Source of the DNA: Leptospirillia bacterium
GTDB taxonomy: Bacteria > Nitrospirota > JACRHL01
DNA: 64,000 nt
Direction of reading: 5' to 3'
Assembly: GCA_046754085.1 (NCBI GenBank)
Contig: JBHHVE010000012.1
Coordinates: forward strand, 3,764 to 67,763
Shown: positions 61,401 to 64,000 of the stretch, piece by piece
Layout: each line of letters starts with the position of its first letter
How positions within the stretch are numbered: position 1 is the stretch's first letter
Notes under the pieces: generated by a model
Database searches by the model: none
What the model was told of the DNA's origin: nothing
What the model saw: the letters and a program-made list of their open reading frames with translations, nothing else
Made by a program: the position numbers and the translations under genes

Positions 61401-62452
61401 ACCTTCACGCCGTCGATAAACAGCAGGCTGATCCGGGTGATTCCGGCACCGATGACTTCGGCCACCTTGTCCTCGGTCAGCTCCTCGTTTCTGGCGACGA
61501 TGACCTCGCCGCTCTTGGGGTCGCTGATGTCGTGGGCGGCCACCCGACCGACCAAGGTCTCACGGCTCATGGGGAAGCGGGTGATACCGGCCTCGCTCAG
61601 GCGTTTGAGGCCCACCTTGGTAATCTTGTTGTTCTCCTTGACCAGCACGTCGCCGGTCTTCGGATGGAGAATCGCCAGCGGAGAGCGCAGGCCGACGTGA
61701 ATGTCAGGGGCAAGCTCGGCGTCCACCTTGTCGCCGTCGAGATGCACCTCCTCCACCGGGTAGTACATCTCCAGGATGTCCTCGGTGGAGTAGCCAAACG
61801 CCTTCAGAAGTACGGTGGCAGGCAGCTTGCGGCGACGGTCGATACGCACGTACAGGTGGTCCTTGACGTCGAACTCCAGGTCGAGCCAGGAGCCGCGGTA
61901 GGGGATCACCCGGGCGGAGAACAACACCTTTCCGGAGGCGTGGGTTTTGCCCTTGTCGTGGCTGAAGAACACACCGGGGGAGCGGTGCAACTGACTGACC
62001 ACCACCCGCTCGGTACCATTGATCACAAAGGTGCCGGTGTCGGTCATGAGCGGCAACTCGCCCAGGTAGACCTCCTGCTCCTTCACTGACTGCGGGGTCT
62101 TCTCCTTGCCGTCCGCACCGGTTTCAAACACCACCAGGCGGCATTTGATACGGAGGGAGGCGGCAAGGGTCATGCCCCGTTCGAGGCACTCACGGACATC
62201 GAACTTGGGACGACCCAGCTTGTACTCGATAAACTCGAGCTGCGCCGCACCGTTGTAGCCCTCGATCGGAAAAACGCTCTGGAAAGCGGCCTGCAGGCCG
62301 ATTTCCTCGCGCTCTTCCGGCGCCACATCGTGTTGCAGGAAGTTGGCAAACGACCCGGACTGAATCTGTATCAGATTCGGGACACTAACCACATCCTTCT
62401 GTTTTGCAAAATTGACCCGATCACGCAATCCACACTGGACGGTGTTACCCAT
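58493..62452 (-). CDS. rpoB: DNA-directed RNA polymerase subunit beta
   Basis: Colinear with bacterial RpoB. Start placed at the internal Met (MGNTVQ...), which leaves the rplL-rpoB attenuator hairpin intergenic. Confidence 0.95.
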   Translation of the reverse strand: MGNTVQCGLRDRVNFAKQKDVVSVPNLIQIQSGSFANFLQHDVAPEEREEIGLQAAFQSVFPIEGYNGAAQLEFIEYKLGRPKFDVRECLERGMTLAASLRIKCRLVVFETGADGKEKTPQSVKEQEVYLGELPLMTDTGTFVINGTERVVVSQLHRSPGVFFSHDKGKTHASGKVLFSARVIPYRGSWLDLEFDVKDHLYVRIDRRRKLPATVLLKAFGYSTEDILEMYYPVEEVHLDGDKVDAELAPDIHVGLRSPLAILHPKTGDVLVKENNKITKVGLKRLSEAGITRFPMSRETLVGRVAAHDISDPKSGEVIVARNEELTEDKVAEVIGAGITRISLLFIDGVKVLPAIRDTMALENVSSPDEAKVEIYKRIRPGETPTLAAAQNLFADLFLNAKRYDLSQVGRLKVNAKLGVKLPLDHRTLAAVDVVEVVRYLVLLRTGKGEVDDIDHLGNRRVRAVGELLENQFRIGLVRMERTVKERMNLVELPEAVPHDVINAKPVSASIKEFFGSSQLSQFMDQTNPLSEITHKRRLSALGPGGLTRERAGFDVRDVHPTHYGRICPIETPEGPNIGLITSLATYAQINRFGFIESPYCKVKDGKATSEVNYLSAVDGENYSTTQANTPADAKGKFTEDLVLIRKAGDFLMVPPSEVEYMDVSPRQIVSVATALIPFLENDDANRALMGSNMQRQAVPLLQSEAPVVGTGMEHVVARDCGYVLRALRAGHVESVDAARIVVRVDDDQIDKGAGPVDIYTLIKWQRSNQNTCMNQKPLVTVGQRVETDQILCDGPSTEQGELALGKNVLVAFMPWEGYNYEDAILLSERLVKDDVYTSVHIEEFTIEARDTKLGPEEITRDIPNVGEEILADLDESGIIRIGAEVLPGSILVGKVTPKGETQLTPEEKLLRAIFGEKAGDVKDASLYMGPGTTGVVVDVKIFSRKGTEKDERSQAIEFQDIQRLERNHRDEMRVLDEEFLTNLRRSMVGKESARDYVDPDTGDVVLKRRRPIDAPALGLIPNENLHNIVLAKAEDQDAIERLEMDYREKRGELQMVFDERVGRLKKGDELPPGVLKLVKVYVAMKRKIQVGDKMAGRHGNKGVVSRVLPAEDMPYLPDGTPVDIVLNPLGVPSRMNVGQILETHLGWAARTLGLHVATPVFDGAKEAEIKEMLEKANLPSSGQVILRDGKTGTQFDRPVTVGQMYMLKLHHLVDDKIHARSIGPYSLVTQQPLGGKAQFGGQRLGEMEVWALQAHGAASTLQEFLTVKSDDVPGRSKMYESIVKGENYLESGIPESFNVLIKELQALCLEVELLRAVDT

Positions 62453-62484
62453 GCCTTCTCCCTCGCTCGACCCGCCAAAAGTCC

Positions 62485-62518
62485 GGCCACGCCCGGGGAG
62501 TCCCCCCACGGGCGTGGC
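62485..62518 (-). terminator. rplL-rpoB intergenic attenuator hairpin
   Basis: GGCCACGCCCG-N13-CGGGCGTGGC strong GC hairpin between rplL and rpoB, followed on the minus strand by a short U-tract. Matches the conserved partial terminator at this position. Confidence 0.5.
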
Positions 62519-62556
62519 ACAATCCGATCCCGCCGCCTGAAATCAGGCGACAGCGG

Positions 62557-62946
62557 TTACTTCAGGTCGACCTGAGCGCCAGCTTCTTCGAGCTTGGCCT
62601 TGGCTTCTTCGGCCTCGTCCTTGGTCACGCCTTCCTTGACGGACTTGGGAGCGCCATCCACCAGATCCTTGGCCTCTTTGAGGCCCAGGCCGGTGATCTC
62701 GCGAACCACTTTGATAACGCCGATCTTTTTGTCGCCGGCCGCGGTGAGCACCACGTCGAACTCGCTCTTCTCCTCAGCGGCGGCTTCACCACCACCGCCA
62801 CCACCCGCGGCAGCCACGGCCACCGGAGCGGCGGATACGCCGAACTTCTCTTCCAGCGCCTTGACCAGTTCGTTGAGTTCGAGAACCGTCATCTCCTCGA
62901 TGGCGGAAATCATTTCGTCATGAGACAGCTTGGCCATTTTATTCAC
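62557..62946 (-). CDS. rplL: 50S ribosomal protein L7/L12
   Basis: 129 aa, Ala/Gly-rich hinge, conserved C-terminal domain ...[12 protein letters not shown]... Confidence 0.95.
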   Translation of the reverse strand: MNKMAKLSHDEMISAIEEMTVLELNELVKALEEKFGVSAAPVAVAAAGGGGGGEAAAEEKSEFDVVLTAAGDKKIGVIKVVREITGLGLKEAKDLVDGAPKSVKEGVTKDEAEEAKAKLEEAGAQVDLK

Positions 62947-63010
62947 TCCTCTTTCGCTTAAATCGCTATAAATCTAAAAAAAACAAATGCATCCGGCGGT
63001 TTGAACCCGC

Positions 63011-63531
63011 CTACGCCGCCTTCTCTTTCGAAACGGCGGAAAGGACGTACACAAGGTTGCGCATGGTGCCGTGCAGCACGCTCACAATGCCTTGTATCGG
63101 GCTGTTCATGGAGCCGACCATCTTGGCCAGAAGCTCCTCGCGGCTGGGGAGGTCGGCAATCTGCTTCACGCCCGCCGCATCGAGAATCTCGCCCTCGATG
63201 ATCCCCGCGGATACCGTAAACAGCTCCGCTTCCTTGATGAATTCCTTGACCACTTTGGCCGCCGCGGCCGGGTCGCCATAAGCGAACACCACGCCGATGG
63301 CACCCTTGAAGTGATCGTTCAGTCCCGCGGCTGCGTGATCTTCGACCGCACGCCGCGCCAGGGTGTTCTTGACCACCCGAAAACTGCCTTCCACCTTGCT
63401 CAACTCGCTACGAAAGCCGGTCAACTGGGCGACCGAAAGCCCTTCGTATCCCGCGACGATGCTCAGGGAGGAACGATCAAACTGTTCCCGAATGGAATCG
63501 ACCTGGCTCTGCTTTTCAGCTCGATTCATAG
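63011..63531 (-). CDS. rplJ: 50S ribosomal protein L10
   Basis: Start at the internal Met (MNRAEKQSQVDSIREQF...); the track's longer start adds a non-homologous 44 aa. Confidence 0.9.
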
Positions 63532-63743
63532 TTGTCCTGCTCCACGTACTGGATTGATGTTCCGAATGGTGGAAGGGACAGTACGCATAACCACGTGTTG
63601 TCCCGGCCCTCCATCTCGGCGGGTGGAATATTCCATTAAGCGCCCCTTCGGGCACACCCACTGTCTCCGATGGCCCCGGTCTCCCGGGTGCCGGTTTAAG
63701 CCCGCTGCCGCATCAACCAACGCGGCAGCGGGCAAAATTCTGT
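63532..63743 (-). promoter_or_regulatory. rplJ 5' leader (probable L10(L12)4 autoregulatory leader)
   Basis: About 210-nt untranslated gap between rplA and rplJ, as in other bacteria where it forms the L10 leader; structure not verified here. Confidence 0.35.
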
Positions 63744-64000
63744 TTACGCGCCCATTTTGCCAACCGCCAACGCGTCCAGGCGGACCGCCGGACCCATGGT
63801 GGAGGTGAGGGTGACGCTGCGAATGTACCTGCCCTTGGCCGAAGACGGCTTGGCCTTGATGATCGAGTCGATCAGGGCGAGGAAATTTTTCTTGATCTGC
63901 TCTGGCTCGAACGACGCCTTGCCCACCGGTGCGTGGATGATTCCGGCCTTTTCGACCTTGTAGTCCACCTTACCGGAACGGATGTCCTCAATGGCTTTGG
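63744..64000 (-). CDS. rplA: 50S ribosomal protein L1, C-terminal part (gene continues beyond the window end)
   Basis: Track ORF 63744..63968 is a fragment of this gene; the frame stays open to the window edge; sits in the conserved rplK-rplA-rplJ-rplL-rpoBC order. Confidence 0.85.
   Translation of the reverse strand, partial: KAIEDIRSGKVDYKVEKAGIIHAPVGKASFEPEQIKKNFLALIDSIIKAKPSSAKGRYIRSVTLTSTMGPAVRLDALAVGKMGA

Overview
GC-rich (~65%) bacterial chromosomal segment, most likely proteobacterial, densely packed with housekeeping genes on both strands. I found no CRISPR array, no transposase or integrase, and no tRNA or rRNA.

Gene content in order: panC (partial), folK, dapB and dapA; class II ribonucleotide reductase nrdJ preceded by NrdR-type operator boxes; argE and argA, followed by a TauE/SafE exporter; a six-gene envelope operon (yciB, two M16 peptidases, periplasmic protein, VOC/glyoxalase, lipoprotein); a tightly overlapping three-gene operon (SAM methyltransferase, M42-like peptidase, secreted beta-propeller); recN and trxA; a SurA-like chaperone; rng; a fused B12-binding radical-SAM/DUF2344 protein; rodA, mrdA, mreD, mreC and mreB; an FNR-like oxidoreductase; trmL; an M23 peptidase; the rarA-rny-ymdB-xseA operon; a LysM protein; an aldo-keto reductase; an output-less double-Cache sensor; a pentapeptide-repeat protein; korAB; a two-gene split pyruvate:ferredoxin oxidoreductase; a hypothetical gene; a Cys/His-rich GAF-GGDEF cyclase; rpoC, rpoB, rplL, rplJ and partial rplA.

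Most worth a second look:
- argA carries an in-frame N-terminal XRE-type helix-turn-helix domain plus a Pro/Ala linker, and sits behind a sharply AT-rich intergenic island.
- The M23 peptidase gene shows an apparent 1-nt frameshift between its RBS-supported ATG and its signal-peptide frame.
- An orphan intrinsic terminator lies in the divergent kor/por intergenic region (candidate sRNA).
- A 37-codon hydrophobic ORF with a strong RBS and its own terminator lies upstream of the SurA-like gene.
- An approximately 925-aa radical-SAM/DUF2344 fusion is wedged between rodA and rng.

Coordinates I computed myself, rather than took from the ORF track, may be off by 1-2 nt.
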